From Pandoraea communis (GTDB taxonomy: Bacteria; Pseudomonadota; Gammaproteobacteria; Burkholderiales; Burkholderiaceae): a stretch of 32,000 nucleotides of DNA. The notes beneath the pieces were generated by a model. It saw nothing but the letters and a program-made list of their open reading frames with translations, was not told where the DNA came from and made no database searches. Made by a program: the position numbers and the translations under genes. Position 1 is the stretch's first letter, and each line of letters begins with the position of its first letter. The stretch covers positions 778,957 to 810,956 of the forward strand of contig NZ_CABPSJ010000003.1 of NCBI RefSeq assembly GCF_902459745.1. Reading direction: 5' to 3'. Below are positions 1-13,361 of this stretch, one piece after another.

Positions 1-8
1 TGCCGCAG

Positions 9-644
9 ATGGCGTTCGACCTGTTTGCCGATGTCGCCGCCGATCTGACCTGTGGCGTGGACGAAGTCGGGCGCGGGCCGCTGGCCGGGCCCGTCGTGAC
101 GGCAGCGGTAATTCTCGATCCGTCGCGTCCGATCAAGGGCTTGGCCGATTCGAAGAAGCTCACGGCCCAGCGTCGTGAGGCGCTCTATGAGGAGATCGTC
201 GAACGCGCGCTCGCGTATTGCATTGCCGAGGCGAGCGTGGCGGAGATCGATTCTCTGAATATCCTCCATGCGACGATGCTCGCGATGCAGCGTGCCGTGA
301 ATGGTCTGTCGCGCGTGCCGACGCTGGCGCTGATCGACGGCAATCGCTGTCCCGTGCTGCCGATGCGTGCCGAGGCCGTTATCAAAGGCGACGATACGGT
401 GCCTGCGATTTCGGCGGCGTCGATTCTTGCGAAGGTCACGCGCGACCGTCAGTTGGTCGCCCTGCACGAAGAATTCCCGCAATACGGTTTCGACGAACAC
501 GTCGGTTATGGCACGCCGCGCCATCTGGAGGCGCTTCGCCAGCACGGCCCCAGCCCGCATCATCGCCAGTCCTTCGCGCCGGTTCGAGAGGCGTTTGAAG
601 TCTTTGGCGTGCTTACTGTTTCTCGTCTGGCGCGTTCGTCATGA
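9..644 (+). CDS. rnhB: Ribonuclease HII (start may lie upstream of the window)
   Basis: ORF protein contains [29 protein letters not shown] and the [11 protein letters not shown] / [13 protein letters not shown]-terminal signature of RNase HII; ATG at 9 is close to the window edge so the true start is uncertain. Confidence 0.95.
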   Translation: MAFDLFADVAADLTCGVDEVGRGPLAGPVVTAAVILDPSRPIKGLADSKKLTAQRREALYEEIVERALAYCIAEASVAEIDSLNILHATMLAMQRAVNGLSRVPTLALIDGNRCPVLPMRAEAVIKGDDTVPAISAASILAKVTRDRQLVALHEEFPQYGFDEHVGYGTPRHLEALRQHGPSPHHRQSFAPVREAFEVFGVLTVSRLARSS

Positions 645-1420
645 AGCTCATCAGTTCCAAAGACAATCCGTTCTACAAGCGCCTGAAGCAACTGGCACAG
701 TCGAACCAGCAGCGGCGCAAGCTCGGTCAGACATTGCTCGAAGGCGTGCATCTGGCCGACGCTTATCTCGGCGCGCTGGGGCAACCGCTCGTTTGCGTGG
801 CAGCGGAACCGGCGCTTGAGAACGATGAAGTCGCACAGATCTGGACGAGGGTAGAGGCCGAGCGTCGCGTGTGTTTGCCGCAGGCACTCTTCGAGCCGCT
901 GTCGACGCTCGTCAACGGCGTGCCGCTACTGTTCGTCGTGGAGGTGCCCTCGGGGCATCTGCCGACGTCGCAAAAGACGGACTGCATCATCCTGGATGCG
1001 GTGCAGGATGCAGGTAATGTGGGTTCGATTCTCCGCAGTGCAGCGGCCGCGGGCGTTCGCGACGTGTATTGTATGTCGGGCACAGCGCTCGCCTGGTCGA
1101 GCAAGGTGCTGCGTGCCGGAATGGGCGCGCATTTCTCCCTGAATATCGTGGAGCATTGCACGCCGGATTCGCTCGCGCCGCGTCTGTCGGTGCCGTTGCT
1201 GGCGACGAGTTTGCAGGCGAGCACATCGCTGTACGAGCAGGATTTACGCGCACCTGTGGCATGGGTCTTCGGCAATGAAGGTGCCGGCGTATCGCCACAT
1301 TGGCTCGAGCGCGTGCAGACGCCGATTCGTATTCCGCAGCCGGGCGGTATGGAGTCGCTCAACGTGGCGGCGTGCGCGGCCATCTGCCTGTTCGAAGCGG
1401 TGCGTCAACGACTGTCCTGA
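641..1420 (+). CDS. TrmH/SpoU-family RNA methyltransferase
   Basis: ATG overlaps the rnhB stop (ATGA). Protein has [33 protein letters not shown] and [15 protein letters not shown], the SPOUT/SpoU SAM-binding knot motifs. Confidence 0.93.
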   Translation: MKLISSKDNPFYKRLKQLAQSNQQRRKLGQTLLEGVHLADAYLGALGQPLVCVAAEPALENDEVAQIWTRVEAERRVCLPQALFEPLSTLVNGVPLLFVVEVPSGHLPTSQKTDCIILDAVQDAGNVGSILRSAAAAGVRDVYCMSGTALAWSSKVLRAGMGAHFSLNIVEHCTPDSLAPRLSVPLLATSLQASTSLYEQDLRAPVAWVFGNEGAGVSPHWLERVQTPIRIPQPGGMESLNVAACAAICLFEAVRQRLS

Positions 1421-1515
1421 GCGGGTTCGCGAGTGTGCGTGGTGCAAACAAAAAGGGACGCCGATGGCGTCCCTTATGTCATCAGCGCAGCCGCAAATCG
1501 CGCGGCCGAAAGACG

Positions 1516-2394
1516 TCAGTAGACGTCACGCTCCAGTTTGATTTCCTGCAGAATGGTCGTGGCGATTTCTTCGATCGACTTGTGTGTCGACGACAGCCAT
1601 TTGATCCCTTCGCGGCGCATCATCGCCTCGGCCTCGTTGACCTCGTAGCGGCAATTTTCCAGCGACGCGTACTTGCTGCCCGGACGGCGCTCGTTGCGAA
1701 TCTCCGAGAGCCGTTGCGGATCGATGGACAAACCGAAGATCTTGTCCTTGTACTGGTCGAGCGTAGAAGGCAGCTTTTCGCGCTCGAAGTCTTCCGGGAT
1801 CAACGGATAGTTTGCGGCCTTCACGCCGTATTGCATGGCGAGATAGAGCGTGGTCGGCGTCTTGCCGCTGCGCGATACGCCTACGAGGATCACGTCGGCG
1901 CTTTGCAGATTCTTGTTGGACTGACCGTCGTCGTGCGCGAGCGAGAAGTTCACCGCCTCGATCCGGTTCTTGTAAGCCTCGCTGTCGGCGTTCTGGTGAA
2001 CGCGGCCAATGGCATGCATCGATTTGAGGCCCAACTCCACCTCGAGCGGTTCGATGAACGTCTGGAACATGTCGAGAATCACGCCGTGGCAATTGCGCAG
2101 AATCTCGTTGGCCCGCGCGTCGACGAGTGTGCTGAAAATGATCGGCCGGACATTCTCCGTTCGATACATTTCATTGATCCGTTGTGCCGTTTCATAGGCT
2201 TTATCGACAGAATCCACGAACGGAACGCGAATCTGACGGAAACGCATTTCGAATTGTGCGAGGATCGAATGCGCGAACGTTTCGGCGGTAATCCCGGTGC
2301 CGTCGGACACGATGAAGACCGGGCGTGCGGCAACCGGTGTGGCCGCTGCGGCGGGGGACATAGGGGAATTTCCGGTAGTCGAGGAGTCGCTCAT
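1516..2394 (-). CDS. ppsR: Phosphoenolpyruvate synthase regulatory protein (bifunctional kinase/pyrophosphorylase, DUF299)
   Basis: MSDSSTT... start at 2394; RPVFIVSDGTGITAETFAHSIL, VGVSRSGKTPTTLYLAMQYGVKAANYPL; divergent from ppsA, the usual Burkholderiales arrangement. Confidence 0.95.
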   Translation of the reverse strand: MSDSSTTGNSPMSPAAAATPVAARPVFIVSDGTGITAETFAHSILAQFEMRFRQIRVPFVDSVDKAYETAQRINEMYRTENVRPIIFSTLVDARANEILRNCHGVILDMFQTFIEPLEVELGLKSMHAIGRVHQNADSEAYKNRIEAVNFSLAHDDGQSNKNLQSADVILVGVSRSGKTPTTLYLAMQYGVKAANYPLIPEDFEREKLPSTLDQYKDKIFGLSIDPQRLSEIRNERRPGSKYASLENCRYEVNEAEAMMRREGIKWLSSTHKSIEEIATTILQEIKLERDVY

Positions 2395-2659
2395 GCGCAG
2401 AATCGCAAATTGGTGCATTGCACGGTAGAATAGCGGCAACTTGTTGGATAAGCAATTGTGCAACCATCGCGCGCCGCCCGGCTTCAGGCCCGTCTGGCGG
2501 GGCGCAGCGGGCAATTCCGATGGTTCGATGCAGGTCGTCGGGTGCTAGCCCCTGGTTCTCGACGCAGCCAAAGCGCGATTTCTTATCCAACAGGTCGATC
2601 GGTCCACGTCAGTCCCAACCGATCCTCCGAGAATTTTTTTTCTTACCTTAGGGGCTTTT

Positions 2660-5050
2660 ATGACTAACGCAGCACACGACGGCGCCTACGTGGTGCCGTT
2701 TGAGCATCTGCGCATGACCGACGTCGAGTCGGTCGGCGGCAAGAATGCATCGCTTGGCGAAATGATCAGCCAACTGGCCAGCGCCGGCGTGCGCGTGCCG
2801 GGTGGTTTCGCCACGACGTCTTTCGCCTTCCGCGAGTTTCTCCACCACAACAATCTGACTGAGCGCGTTGCCCAACGCCTCGAGGGCCTGGACGTGGATA
2901 ACGTCAAGGCGCTCGCAGAAGCCGGTGCCGAAATCCGTCAGTGGATCGTCGACGCACCGCTGCAGCCGCAACTCGAGAAGGAGATCCGCGAGCAGTTCGC
3001 GCGCATCGCAGACGGCCAGCCGGACGCCTCGTTCGCCGTGCGTTCGTCGGCAACCGCCGAAGATCTGCCGGACGCCTCGTTCGCCGGTCAGCAGGAAAGC
3101 TATCTGAACGTGGTCGGTATCGAAGACGTGCTTGATCGTATGAAGCACGTCTTCGCCTCGCTGTACAACGACCGTGCCATCTCGTATCGCGTTCACAAGG
3201 GCTTCACGCACGCCGAAGTGGCGTTGTCGGCCGGTGTGCAGCGCATGGTTCGCTCGGACTGCGGCGCGTCGGGTGTGATGTTCACGATCGACACCGAGTC
3301 TGGTTTCCAGGACGTTGTCTTCATCACGGCCAGCTACGGCCTGGGTGAGACGGTCGTGCAGGGCGCCGTGAACCCGGACGAGTTCTACGTTTTCAAGCCG
3401 ACGCTCAAGGCGGGCAAGTACCCCATTATTCGCCGCACGCTTGGCTCGAAGCTCCTCAAAATGGAATTCACGCAACCGGGCGAGCCGGGCCGCGTGAAGA
3501 CCATCGATGTGCCGATGGAGCTGCGTAACCGCTACTCGATCACCGACGACGATTGTGTCGAACTGGCCAAGTTCGCGCTGATCATCGAGAAGCACTACGG
3601 TCGTCCGATGGACATCGAGTGGGGCAAGGACGGCAAGGACGGCAAGATCTACATCCTGCAAGCGCGCCCCGAGACGGTCAAGAGCCAGGCCGTCGGCAAG
3701 GTTGAGCAACGCTTCAAGCTCAAGGGCGATGCCCCGGTGCTGACGAGGGGCCGAGCCATCGGTCAGAAGATCGGTGCAGGTCCGGTGCGCGTGATCATGG
3801 ACCCGAGCGAGATGGAGCGTGTGCAGCCGGGCGACGTGCTGGTGGCCGACATGACCGACCCGAACTGGGAGCCGGTGATGAAGCGTGCATCGGCCATCGT
3901 GACCAACCGTGGCGGCCGTACCTGCCACGCGGCGATTATCGCGCGTGAGCTGGGTGTGCCGGCAGTGGTCGGCTGTGGCGACGCGACCGACGTGCTCAAG
4001 GATGGCGCGCTCGTGACCGTCTCCTGCGCCGAAGGCGACGAAGGCAAGATTTACGACGGTCTGCTCGAGACCGAAATCACCGAGATCCAGCGCGGCGAAA
4101 TGCCGAAGATCCCGGTGAAGATCATGATGAACGTGGGCAACCCGCAACTCGCCTTCGACTTCGCGCAACTGCCGAACGAAGGGGTAGGTCTGGCGCGTCT
4201 GGAATTCATCATTAACAACAACATCGGTGTGCACCCGCGCGCGATTCTCGAGTACCCGAACATCGACGCCGACCTGAAGAAGGCGGTCGAATCGGTGGCG
4301 CGTGGTCATGCATCGCCGCGCGCGTTCTACGTCGACAAGCTGGCCGAAGGCATTGCCACGATCGCCGCAGCCTTCTATCCGAAGAGCGTGATCGTGCGTC
4401 TGTCGGACTTCAAGTCCAACGAGTACAAGAAGCTCATCGGCGGTTCGCGTTACGAGCCGGACGAAGAAAACCCGATGCTGGGTTTCCGCGGTGCTTCGCG
4501 TTATATCTCGGAAGACTTCGCCGAGGCGTTCGAGATGGAATGCCGTGCACTCAAGCGCGTGCGTGACGAAATGGGTCTGACCAACGTCGAGATCATGGTG
4601 CCGTTCGTGCGTACGCTGGGTCAGGCCGAGCGTGTGGTTAACATGCTGGCTGGCTACGGTCTGAAGCGTGGCGAGAACGGTCTGAAGCTGGTGATGATGT
4701 GCGAAGTGCCGTCGAACGCCATTCTGGCCGACGAGTTCCTCGAGTTCTTCGACGGCTTCTCGATCGGTTCGAACGACCTGACGCAGCTCACGCTGGGTCT
4801 GGATCGCGATTCGGGCATGGAACTGCTGGCCAAGGACTTCGACGAACGTGACCCGGCCGTGAAGTTCATGCTGACCCGCGCGATCAAGGCGTGCCTGTCG
4901 AAGGGCAAGTACGTCGGCATCTGCGGTCAGGGCCCGTCGGACCATCCGGATCTGGCCGAATGGCTGGCGAAGGAAGGCATTGCTTCTATGTCGCTCAACC
5001 CGGATACGGTCATCGAAACGTGGCAACAACTCGCCAAGCTGGCGAAGTAA
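2660..5050 (+). CDS. ppsA: Phosphoenolpyruvate synthase
   Basis: 796 aa; [38 protein letters not shown] phospho-His loop, [16 protein letters not shown] and [15 protein letters not shown] motifs. Confidence 0.98.
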   Translation: MTNAAHDGAYVVPFEHLRMTDVESVGGKNASLGEMISQLASAGVRVPGGFATTSFAFREFLHHNNLTERVAQRLEGLDVDNVKALAEAGAEIRQWIVDAPLQPQLEKEIREQFARIADGQPDASFAVRSSATAEDLPDASFAGQQESYLNVVGIEDVLDRMKHVFASLYNDRAISYRVHKGFTHAEVALSAGVQRMVRSDCGASGVMFTIDTESGFQDVVFITASYGLGETVVQGAVNPDEFYVFKPTLKAGKYPIIRRTLGSKLLKMEFTQPGEPGRVKTIDVPMELRNRYSITDDDCVELAKFALIIEKHYGRPMDIEWGKDGKDGKIYILQARPETVKSQAVGKVEQRFKLKGDAPVLTRGRAIGQKIGAGPVRVIMDPSEMERVQPGDVLVADMTDPNWEPVMKRASAIVTNRGGRTCHAAIIARELGVPAVVGCGDATDVLKDGALVTVSCAEGDEGKIYDGLLETEITEIQRGEMPKIPVKIMMNVGNPQLAFDFAQLPNEGVGLARLEFIINNNIGVHPRAILEYPNIDADLKKAVESVARGHASPRAFYVDKLAEGIATIAAAFYPKSVIVRLSDFKSNEYKKLIGGSRYEPDEENPMLGFRGASRYISEDFAEAFEMECRALKRVRDEMGLTNVEIMVPFVRTLGQAERVVNMLAGYGLKRGENGLKLVMMCEVPSNAILADEFLEFFDGFSIGSNDLTQLTLGLDRDSGMELLAKDFDERDPAVKFMLTRAIKACLSKGKYVGICGQGPSDHPDLAEWLAKEGIASMSLNPDTVIETWQQLAKLAK

Positions 5051-5161
5051 TCGTCACGATCACGACCTGAGTTGGGACGCGTCCGAGCGGCATCTCGGAC
5101 GCGACCGAAAGGCAGCGCAGTCCTTGGGATGCGAGCGCCGGCCGGTTGGTTTCGTGCTATA

Positions 5162-5189
5162 AACCCCGGTAATACACCGGGGTTTTTTT
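5162..5189 (+). terminator. Rho-independent terminator downstream of ppsA
   Basis: AACCCCGGTaatacACCGGGGTTTTTTT: GC-rich stem plus T-tract. Confidence 0.8.
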
Positions 5190-5202
5190 ATGTCTGGGAG
5201 TT

Positions 5203-5640
5203 GTGATGGAGCAAGCTTGGCTTTGGTTCGGCGTTGCCGGATTGACCGTGGTGCTGGAGCTGGCAAGCGGAACGTTCTATCTCCTGATGGTGGCGCTCGG
5301 AATGACGGCTGGCGGCATCGCGGCGGTATTACGCATCGATTGGCCGCTGCAGCTGGTGATCGCAGCAGTGGTGGCCGGCGTGGCCGTCTGGTTCCTGCGT
5401 CGCAGCCGGTTTGGCCGGCGGCGCATCAAGGTTGACGCAACGGCAGATCCCAACACCAATCTGGACATCGGGCAGCAATTGCATGTCGAGGCGTGGCAGG
5501 CTGACGGCCGCGCACGGGCGATGTACCGCGGCGCCGAGTGGGACGTCGAGCTAATGCCCGGTGAGACCGCAGATGCAGGTTGGTTTGTCATCCGGGAGGT
5601 GCGTGGCAGCCGATTGTTCGTTGCCCACGTGACGGTGTGA
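5203..5640 (+). CDS. NfeD-like membrane protein
   Basis: MEQAWLWFGVAGLTVVLELASGTFYLLMVALGMTAGGIAAVL N-terminal TM helices and a C-terminal OB-like domain (EVDVELMPGETADAGWFVIREVRGSRLFVA); directly upstream of an SPFH gene as is typical. Confidence 0.85.
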   Translation: MMEQAWLWFGVAGLTVVLELASGTFYLLMVALGMTAGGIAAVLRIDWPLQLVIAAVVAGVAVWFLRRSRFGRRRIKVDATADPNTNLDIGQQLHVEAWQADGRARAMYRGAEWDVELMPGETADAGWFVIREVRGSRLFVAHVTV

Positions 5641-5825
5641 TTGCGGGACGACTTCAGTCCATGCATCCACGTGAGAGTTAGGCATTACCTCATTACCCGC
5701 TAGGGGATAGCTCATTTTCGAGCTTCTACGTCGCATCGGGTCTGTGTTCCGTTACGATGCATGGCCTGCCATCGCGGGTGACGGGGAACCAGCCTGCCGT
5801 AATGGCGGGCGCTTCAGGGGGAAAC

Positions 5826-6809
5826 ATGTTCGATCTATCCAACGTCGCGTTTATTGTTTTTATCATCGCCGTGGTCATTGCGGCGCGTTCGATCAAGATC
5901 GTGCCGCAGCAGCATGCGTGGGTGATCGAGCGTCTCGGTAAATATCATGCGACCCTCACGCCGGGGCTCTCGATTGTCGTGCCGTTCGTGGATCGCGTGG
6001 CCTATAAGCATTTGCTCAAGGAAGTGCCGCTCGACGTACCGAGTCAGGTTTGTATCACCAAGGACAACACGCAGTTGCAAGTCGACGGGATTCTGTACTT
6101 TCAGGTGACCGATGCGATGAAGGCATCGTACGGCTCAAGCAACTACGTCGTGGCCATCACGCAACTTGCGCAAACGACACTGCGTAGCGTGATCGGCAGG
6201 CTTGAACTCGACAAGACGTTTGAAGAGCGCGCGTTCATCAACCACAGCGTGGTCAATGCGCTTGATGAAGCAGCGTCGAACTGGGGGGTGAAGGTGCTGC
6301 GTTACGAGATCAAGGATCTCACTCCGCCGAAAGAGATTCTGCACGCCATGCAGGCGCAGATCACAGCCGAGCGTGAGAAGCGTGCACTGATCGCGGCATC
6401 GGAAGGGAAGCGGCAGGAGCAGATCAACCTGGCGACCGGCGCACGCGAAGCGGCTATCCAGAAGTCCGAAGGTGAGCGTCAGGCGGCAATCAATCGGGCG
6501 CAAGGTGAGGCGTCGGCCATTCTGGCGGTGGCAGAGGCGAACGCCGAGGCCATTCAAAAGGTTGGGACGGCGATTCAGACGCAGGGCGGCATGGAAGCTG
6601 TCAACCTCAAGGTGGCCGAGCAATACGTCAATGCGTTCGGTAACCTCGCCAAAACGAACAACACGCTGATCGTGCCGGGCAATCTCACGGATTTGAGCGG
6701 CATGATTGCTTCGGCGCTCAAGATCGTGCGCGGCACCGAAGGGGGATCGATCCCGGGAGGTGATGGCGGCGGTGTTGGTGGCTTCGGTAATTCGACTCCC
6801 CGGCGCTAA
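5826..6809 (+). CDS. SPFH-domain / paraslipin (stomatin-like, QmcA-like) protein
   Basis: IKIVPQQHAWVIERLGKYHATLTPGLSIVVPFVDRVAYKHLLKEVPLDVPSQVCITKDN, a canonical stomatin/paraslipin sequence; ATG at 5826. Confidence 0.93.
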   Translation: MFDLSNVAFIVFIIAVVIAARSIKIVPQQHAWVIERLGKYHATLTPGLSIVVPFVDRVAYKHLLKEVPLDVPSQVCITKDNTQLQVDGILYFQVTDAMKASYGSSNYVVAITQLAQTTLRSVIGRLELDKTFEERAFINHSVVNALDEAASNWGVKVLRYEIKDLTPPKEILHAMQAQITAEREKRALIAASEGKRQEQINLATGAREAAIQKSEGERQAAINRAQGEASAILAVAEANAEAIQKVGTAIQTQGGMEAVNLKVAEQYVNAFGNLAKTNNTLIVPGNLTDLSGMIASALKIVRGTEGGSIPGGDGGGVGGFGNSTPRR

Positions 6810-6825
6810 ACTGGCGCAACAATGA

Positions 6826-6849
6826 AAAACGGCCCAGATGGGCCGTTTT
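6826..6849 (+). terminator. Bidirectional hairpin terminator between the SPFH gene and smpB
   Basis: AAAAACGGCCCagatGGGCCGTTTT between convergent genes. Confidence 0.75.
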
Positions 6850-6907
6850 CTTTGGGTGGTTGGCAAACGTGTTGGCTGTATCGCGCGCACCATGCCGATG
6901 CCGCGCC

Positions 6908-7354
6908 TCAGGTGGGCGTGCGCATCAAACGTGCTTTTTCGCGATCCCAGTCGCGCTTCTTTTCCGTCTCGCGCTTGTCGTGAAGCTTCTTGCCCTTGGC
7001 TAGCCCGATCTCGCATTTCACCAGACCTTTGCTGTAGTGCAGGTTGATGGGAACGAGCGTGTATCCGCGTTGCTCCACCTTGCCGATGAGTTTCTTGATT
7101 TCGTCGGCTTTCAGCAGAAGCTTGCGGGTGCGCACGGGGTCGGGCTTGATGTGCGTCGACGCGGTCTGCAGCGGGCTGATGTGCGTGCCGATCAGGAAGA
7201 TCTCGCCATTCTTGATGACGACATAACCCTCCTTGATCTGCGCCCGCCCGGCGCGAATTGCCTTGACTTCCCACCCCTCGAGCGCGATCCCGGCTTCGTA
7301 TCGCTCCTCGATGAAGTAATCGAAGAAGGCCTTCTTGTTGTCAATGATGCTCAT
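6908..7354 (-). CDS. smpB: SsrA-binding protein
   Basis: [39 protein letters not shown] ... [37 protein letters not shown]. Confidence 0.98.
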   Translation of the reverse strand: MSIIDNKKAFFDYFIEERYEAGIALEGWEVKAIRAGRAQIKEGYVVIKNGEIFLIGTHISPLQTASTHIKPDPVRTRKLLLKADEIKKLIGKVEQRGYTLVPINLHYSKGLVKCEIGLAKGKKLHDKRETEKKRDWDREKARLMRTPT

Positions 7355-7511
7355 GGATCCTTGGCGGGTAACTTGGTCGGACCCGGTGAGTCGGGCTCGG
7401 GTAAAATAGCGATTTTAACAAAGAGTCTCGGCAAGAGGCGGCTTGCGACGCGCGGGGGTCGATACAGCATCGATCGCAGGCGTGTCGTGCGAACACCTCG
7501 CCCGACAGACG

Positions 7512-7946
7512 ATGGCCGAAGTCAGTAAAACCGTTCTCGTGCATTTCTCCGATGAGCAGATGTACGACCTGGTGACCAATGTCGCCGATTACCCCAAATT
7601 CCTGCCCTGGTGCGGTGGTGTCGAGATTCGGCATCAGGACGAGCACAGCATGGAGGCGTCGCTGATGATTGACTTCAAGGGTCTGAAGCATTCATTCGCG
7701 ACGCGCAATATTCAGACGCGTCCGGACTCCATTCAAATGACGTTCGTCGAAGGACCCTTCAAGCGTTTTCACGGCACGTGGAAGTTCACCGCGCTGCGCG
7801 AGAACGCCTGCAAGATCGAGTTTGGCCTTCACTACGAATTTGCGAATTTTCTGCTCGAGAAGGTCATCGGGCCGGTGTTCAGTCACATTGCCAATACGTT
7901 CGTCGACGCGTTCGTCAAGCGCGCGGAGGCCGTGTATGTCGAGTGA
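7512..7946 (+). CDS. ratA: RatA-like type II toxin / START-COQ10 family ubiquinone-binding protein
   Basis: MAEVSKTVLVHFSDEQMYDLVTNVADYPKFLPWCGGVEI...; divergent from smpB and followed by rnfH, the conserved context. Confidence 0.93.
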   Translation: MAEVSKTVLVHFSDEQMYDLVTNVADYPKFLPWCGGVEIRHQDEHSMEASLMIDFKGLKHSFATRNIQTRPDSIQMTFVEGPFKRFHGTWKFTALRENACKIEFGLHYEFANFLLEKVIGPVFSHIANTFVDAFVKRAEAVYVE

Positions 7947-8271
7947 GCTGAATGTCGAAGTCTGCTATGCGCTGCCTGACGAGCAGACGATCATTCCGTT
8001 GACGTTGCCGCAAGGCGCCACAATGCGTGATGCGATCGAGCGTAGCGGCGTGCTGCAACGCTTTCCCGAGCTGGATCTCGCGCGCGTGAAAGCGGGCGTC
8101 TTCGGCAAGGTGCGAGCGCTCGACGCCGTAGTGGAAGCGGGCGATCGCGTCGAGATCTACCGCGTGCTCAAGGCTGACCCCAAGGTGGCGCGTCAGCGAC
8201 GTGTCGAGAAGGTGCGTAACGAAGGAAGCCGGGAAGGGCAGAAGTGGCTGGGGAGCCGTCGCGGGAGCTAG
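7936..8271 (+). CDS. rnfH: RnfH family protein (UPF0125)
   Basis: MSSELNVEVCYALPDEQTIIPLTLPQGATMRDAIERSGVL...VGDRVEIYRVLKADPKVARQRRVE-type RnfH sequence; start overlaps the ratA stop. Confidence 0.92.
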   Translation: MSSELNVEVCYALPDEQTIIPLTLPQGATMRDAIERSGVLQRFPELDLARVKAGVFGKVRALDAVVEAGDRVEIYRVLKADPKVARQRRVEKVRNEGSREGQKWLGSRRGS

Positions 8272-8301
8272 GCCGGCGACAGACTCCCGGTTCTGCACCG
8301 G

Positions 8302-9231
8302 TCAGTGTGTCGATCCCCGCGAATGTAGCCGTACCGACGCGCTGACGCCCGCGAGCAGCAGCACGATGGCCGCGAGTTCCAGCAGACGCGGTACGCGCTG
8401 TTCGTAAATGAAGCCGTAGATCAGCGCGAACAGCGTTTCAAACACGATCATCTGGCCCGACAGGGTCAGGGGCAGCCGCCGGCTCGCCGCATTCCAGAAC
8501 GCGTTGCCGATAGTCGATGCGCCTATCGCTACCGCGATATTCACGATCAGGAACATTTGCCAGTCGCGCGGCACGTCGGTCGCTGCCGGGTGTGGCAGCA
8601 ACACGGCCGGGATAGCCAGCGCCAAGGCCAGAACGCCAGTGGCGACGCCCGTCAGCAACGACCATTCCTGACTCGTGAAGTGCCCGAATTGCGCCAGATA
8701 GCGGGCATTGGCCACGGCATACCAGGTCCAGCTCACCAGAGCGCCGACGGCGCAGGCGATGCCTGCGAGCGTCAGCCGCCAGTCCCCGCCACTTGCCGAG
8801 GCATGGGCGAACACGTCGACATTGATGCAGACGATACCCGCGGCCACCAGTGCCAACGGGCCCGCCAGACGGGACAAGGGTATCGCGCCGTGATCGCGGC
8901 TGCCGACCAGCGTGACCGTCACGGGCAGCACGCCAACGATCAGCGATGCGGGGGCGATGCCGGCCATCTGCACGGCACCTGCGAGGAACAGGTAATAGAT
9001 GAGGTTGCCGACCAGACTTAGCCGGAATAATGCGCGCCAGTCATGGCCTGAGACGGTATGTCGCAGGCGCGCCCAGAGCGGTGCGAGCAGTACGGCCGAC
9101 ACTAGCCCGTAAAGCACGTAACGGGCAGCCGACAGTTCCAGCGGCGAGAAGCCGGGCAGCAGGCGAGGGGCCAGAAAGACCAGTCCCCACAATGCGCCCG
9201 CCGCCAATCCGAAAGAAATGCCTTGCCCCAT
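8302..9231 (-). CDS. EamA/DMT-superfamily transporter
   Basis: 309 aa with ~10 hydrophobic segments (MGQGISFGLAAGALWGLVFLAPRLLPGFSPLELSAARYVLYGLVSAVLL; ...GQMIVFETLFALIYGFIYEQRVPRLLELAAIVLLLAGV). Confidence 0.85.
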   Translation of the reverse strand: MGQGISFGLAAGALWGLVFLAPRLLPGFSPLELSAARYVLYGLVSAVLLAPLWARLRHTVSGHDWRALFRLSLVGNLIYYLFLAGAVQMAGIAPASLIVGVLPVTVTLVGSRDHGAIPLSRLAGPLALVAAGIVCINVDVFAHASASGGDWRLTLAGIACAVGALVSWTWYAVANARYLAQFGHFTSQEWSLLTGVATGVLALALAIPAVLLPHPAATDVPRDWQMFLIVNIAVAIGASTIGNAFWNAASRRLPLTLSGQMIVFETLFALIYGFIYEQRVPRLLELAAIVLLLAGVSASVRLHSRGSTH

Positions 9232-9489
9232 GAAGTTCGTGCCCGTGGTTCGTGGTATCGAGATGCCGGTGATCCGTGCCGCCCGGTGTGCCGGTTGTGC
9301 CGGTCAGGGCGGTGCAGGAAGGGCGCAAGAATAGCATGGGGCCGGTGCGTGCCGATTGTGAAATCCGGCATTCGGCGGGCCAGGGCGCCGACCCAAAAGG
9401 GGGGCGAAACATACGCGAGTCGTCTCTCGGGGAAAAAGCCCCTTGACATGTGGGGCACACGTTCCATGCAACTCGCGATTTCTGTATAA

Positions 9490-10977
<1,488 letters not shown>

Positions 10978-10983
10978 TCGCCC

Positions 10984-11676
10984 ATGAAGGCCATGTTGCG
11001 TACGGTACTGTTCCTCGATGCGGCGCTGAATCTGGCACTCGGTGTGCTGCTGATCGCGTCGTTCTGGTCATCGCTGTACGTGGCCATTGAAGTGCCCGCA
11101 CCATCGCCCGTGCTCTATGCGCAGGCGCTTGGTGTAGCCTTCATCGGCGTGGCCTGGCTGCAATGGCACGCCACCGTGAACGGCCAGTTGACGGCGACTG
11201 TTGCGAAAGTGACGGGGCATATCAATTGGGTGATCGGTGCGTTCGTGCTGGGCTGGCTGATCTCCGGCCAACTGGCGGTGACGGGGGGCGGCAAGTTGTT
11301 GATGCCGGCGCTTGGTGCTGTCCTGTTGGTGGTGGGTGCCATTCTCGTCAAGCTGGCGTCGAGCGTGCGCACGAAAGAGCGCGTGCAGGCGGTGCAGCAT
11401 GCCGGCGGACGAGTGCGTGGGGGTGCCGTGAGCGACACCCGGCGCAACGCACCGTACGATGACGCGGATGCCCGGGCTCTCGACGATGCCCGAGGCACGC
11501 GCGCTGAGCCGCGCATGGAGACGCCTGGGGGCGGCTCCACCTCCGTCAACACTACGCCGGTCGCGCCTGCGGGCAGCACCGGTACTGTCACGCCCGTGCC
11601 TTCCGCCACGGCGCCGACGTCCAACGAATCCACTTCTTCCGTACCTCACGATGCACGACAAAATCCTCATTCTTGA
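10984..11676 (+). CDS. Uncharacterised four-TM membrane protein with a low-complexity Pro/Thr/Ser C-terminal tail
   Basis: Hydrophobic N-terminal ~130 aa; tail [21 protein letters not shown] overlaps the guaA start by 26 nt. Confidence 0.65.
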   Translation: MKAMLRTVLFLDAALNLALGVLLIASFWSSLYVAIEVPAPSPVLYAQALGVAFIGVAWLQWHATVNGQLTATVAKVTGHINWVIGAFVLGWLISGQLAVTGGGKLLMPALGAVLLVVGAILVKLASSVRTKERVQAVQHAGGRVRGGAVSDTRRNAPYDDADARALDDARGTRAEPRMETPGGGSTSVNTTPVAPAGSTGTVTPVPSATAPTSNESTSSVPHDARQNPHS

Positions 11677-13234
11677 CTTCGGCTCGCAAGTCACCCAGCT
11701 CATCGGCCGCCGCGTTCGCGAAGCGCACGTCTACTGCGAGATCCACCCGAACGACGTTTCGGACGAGTTCATTCGCGAATTCAATCCGAAGGCCGTCATT
11801 CTGTCGGGTAGCCACGCGAGCACATATGAGGATCAGGATCTGCGTGCCCCGCAGGCGGTGTGGGATCTGGGTGTGCCGGTGCTGGGCATTTGCTACGGCA
11901 TGTTCGCGATGACGGTCCAACTGGGCGGTCAGGTCGAGGCGAGCAACCATCGCGAGTTCGGTTACGCCGAGGTGCGTGCGCATGCGCATACGCCGCTGCT
12001 CGAGGGCCTTGAGGATTTCCGTACGACCGAAGGTCACGGCATGCTCAAGGTGTGGATGAGTCACGGTGACAAGGTCACGCAATTGCCGCCGGGCTTTGCG
12101 CTGATGGCGTCGACGCCGAGCTGCCCGATTGCCGGTATGGCCGACGTGGTGCGCAACTACTACGCAGTGCAGTTCCACCCGGAAGTCACGCATACGGTGA
12201 AGGGCCGCGAGTTGCTCGAGCGTTTCGTGCTGCAGATTGCCGGCGCGAAGCCGGACTGGATCATGCGCGACCACATCGAGGAAGCCGTCAAGGCGATTCG
12301 CGAGCAAGTGGGCGACGAAGAAGTGATTCTGGGGCTGTCGGGCGGTGTGGATTCGAGCGTTGCGGCGGCGCTGATTCATCGCGCTATTGGTGATCAACTG
12401 ACGTGTGTGTTTGTCGATCACGGTCTGCTGCGCCTGAATGAAGGCAAGATGGTGATGGAGATGTTCCAGGGGCGTCTGCACGCGAAGGTCGTGCATGTCG
12501 ACGCCGCTGAGCAGTTCATGGGCCATCTGACGGGGGTGACCGATCCGGAGCAGAAGCGCAAGATCATCGGCCGCGAATTTGTCGAAGTGTTCCAGGCCGA
12601 AGCGAAGAAGCTGAAGAACGCGAAGTGGCTGGCGCAGGGCACGATTTATCCGGACGTGATCGAGTCGGGTGGCGCGAAGACGAAGAAGGCGACGACGATC
12701 AAGAGCCACCATAACGTTGGTGGCCTGCCGGAGACGCTGGGGCTGAAGCTGCTTGAGCCGCTGCGCGACCTGTTCAAGGACGAAGTGCGCGAGCTGGGCG
12801 TGGCGCTGGGCCTGCCGCATGACATGGTCTATCGTCACCCGTTCCCGGGGCCGGGGCTGGGCGTACGGATTCTGGGTGAAGTGAAGCGCGACTACGCTGA
12901 CCTGCTGCGTCGCGCCGATGCCATCTTCATTGAAGAGTTGCGCAACACGGTCGAGCCGAACAGCGGTAAGACGTGGTACGAACTGACGAGCCAGGCGTTC
13001 GCGGTATTCCTGCCGGTCAAGAGCGTGGGTGTGATGGGCGATGGCCGCACGTATGAATGGGTCGTGGCACTGCGCGCCGTGCAGACGCAAGACTTCATGA
13101 CGGCGCACTGGGCACACTTGCCGCATGACCTGCTTGGCAAGGTCTCGAACCGCATCATCAACGAGGTTCGTGGTTTGAACCGCGTTGTTTATGACATCTC
13201 GGGCAAGCCACCGGCAACGATTGAGTGGGAGTGA
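11651..13234 (+). CDS. guaA: GMP synthase (glutamine-hydrolysing)
   Basis: [62 protein letters not shown], and C-terminus [10 protein letters not shown]. Confidence 0.98.
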   Translation: MHDKILILDFGSQVTQLIGRRVREAHVYCEIHPNDVSDEFIREFNPKAVILSGSHASTYEDQDLRAPQAVWDLGVPVLGICYGMFAMTVQLGGQVEASNHREFGYAEVRAHAHTPLLEGLEDFRTTEGHGMLKVWMSHGDKVTQLPPGFALMASTPSCPIAGMADVVRNYYAVQFHPEVTHTVKGRELLERFVLQIAGAKPDWIMRDHIEEAVKAIREQVGDEEVILGLSGGVDSSVAAALIHRAIGDQLTCVFVDHGLLRLNEGKMVMEMFQGRLHAKVVHVDAAEQFMGHLTGVTDPEQKRKIIGREFVEVFQAEAKKLKNAKWLAQGTIYPDVIESGGAKTKKATTIKSHHNVGGLPETLGLKLLEPLRDLFKDEVRELGVALGLPHDMVYRHPFPGPGLGVRILGEVKRDYADLLRRADAIFIEELRNTVEPNSGKTWYELTSQAFAVFLPVKSVGVMGDGRTYEWVVALRAVQTQDFMTAHWAHLPHDLLGKVSNRIINEVRGLNRVVYDISGKPPATIEWE

Positions 13235-13361
13235 TCTAGCATCGTCTCACACCGTTTCAGGCAGTATCAAAAACTTCACGAAACCCAAGCGGGATAAGGA
13301 GTTAGTGGCTCAGGCAGTCTCAGCCGCTATCACCCGATCTCGCTCATTTTGACGGGCGTCG

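Noticed and set aside
1300-2433. 377 aa plus-strand ORF
   Set aside because: Antisense to ppsR, which carries the real motifs.
2648-5029. 793 aa minus-strand ORF
   Set aside because: Fully antisense to ppsA, with His/Arg/Leu/Val-rich composition typical of the shadow frame of a high-GC gene; no domain signature.
7512-7946. RatA as an active island toxin-antitoxin system
   Set aside because: This is the conserved core smpB-ratA-rnfH neighbourhood with a COQ10/START-like protein; no reason to regard it as accessory.
11588-13126. 512 aa minus-strand ORF
   Set aside because: Antisense shadow of guaA; no recognisable motifs.
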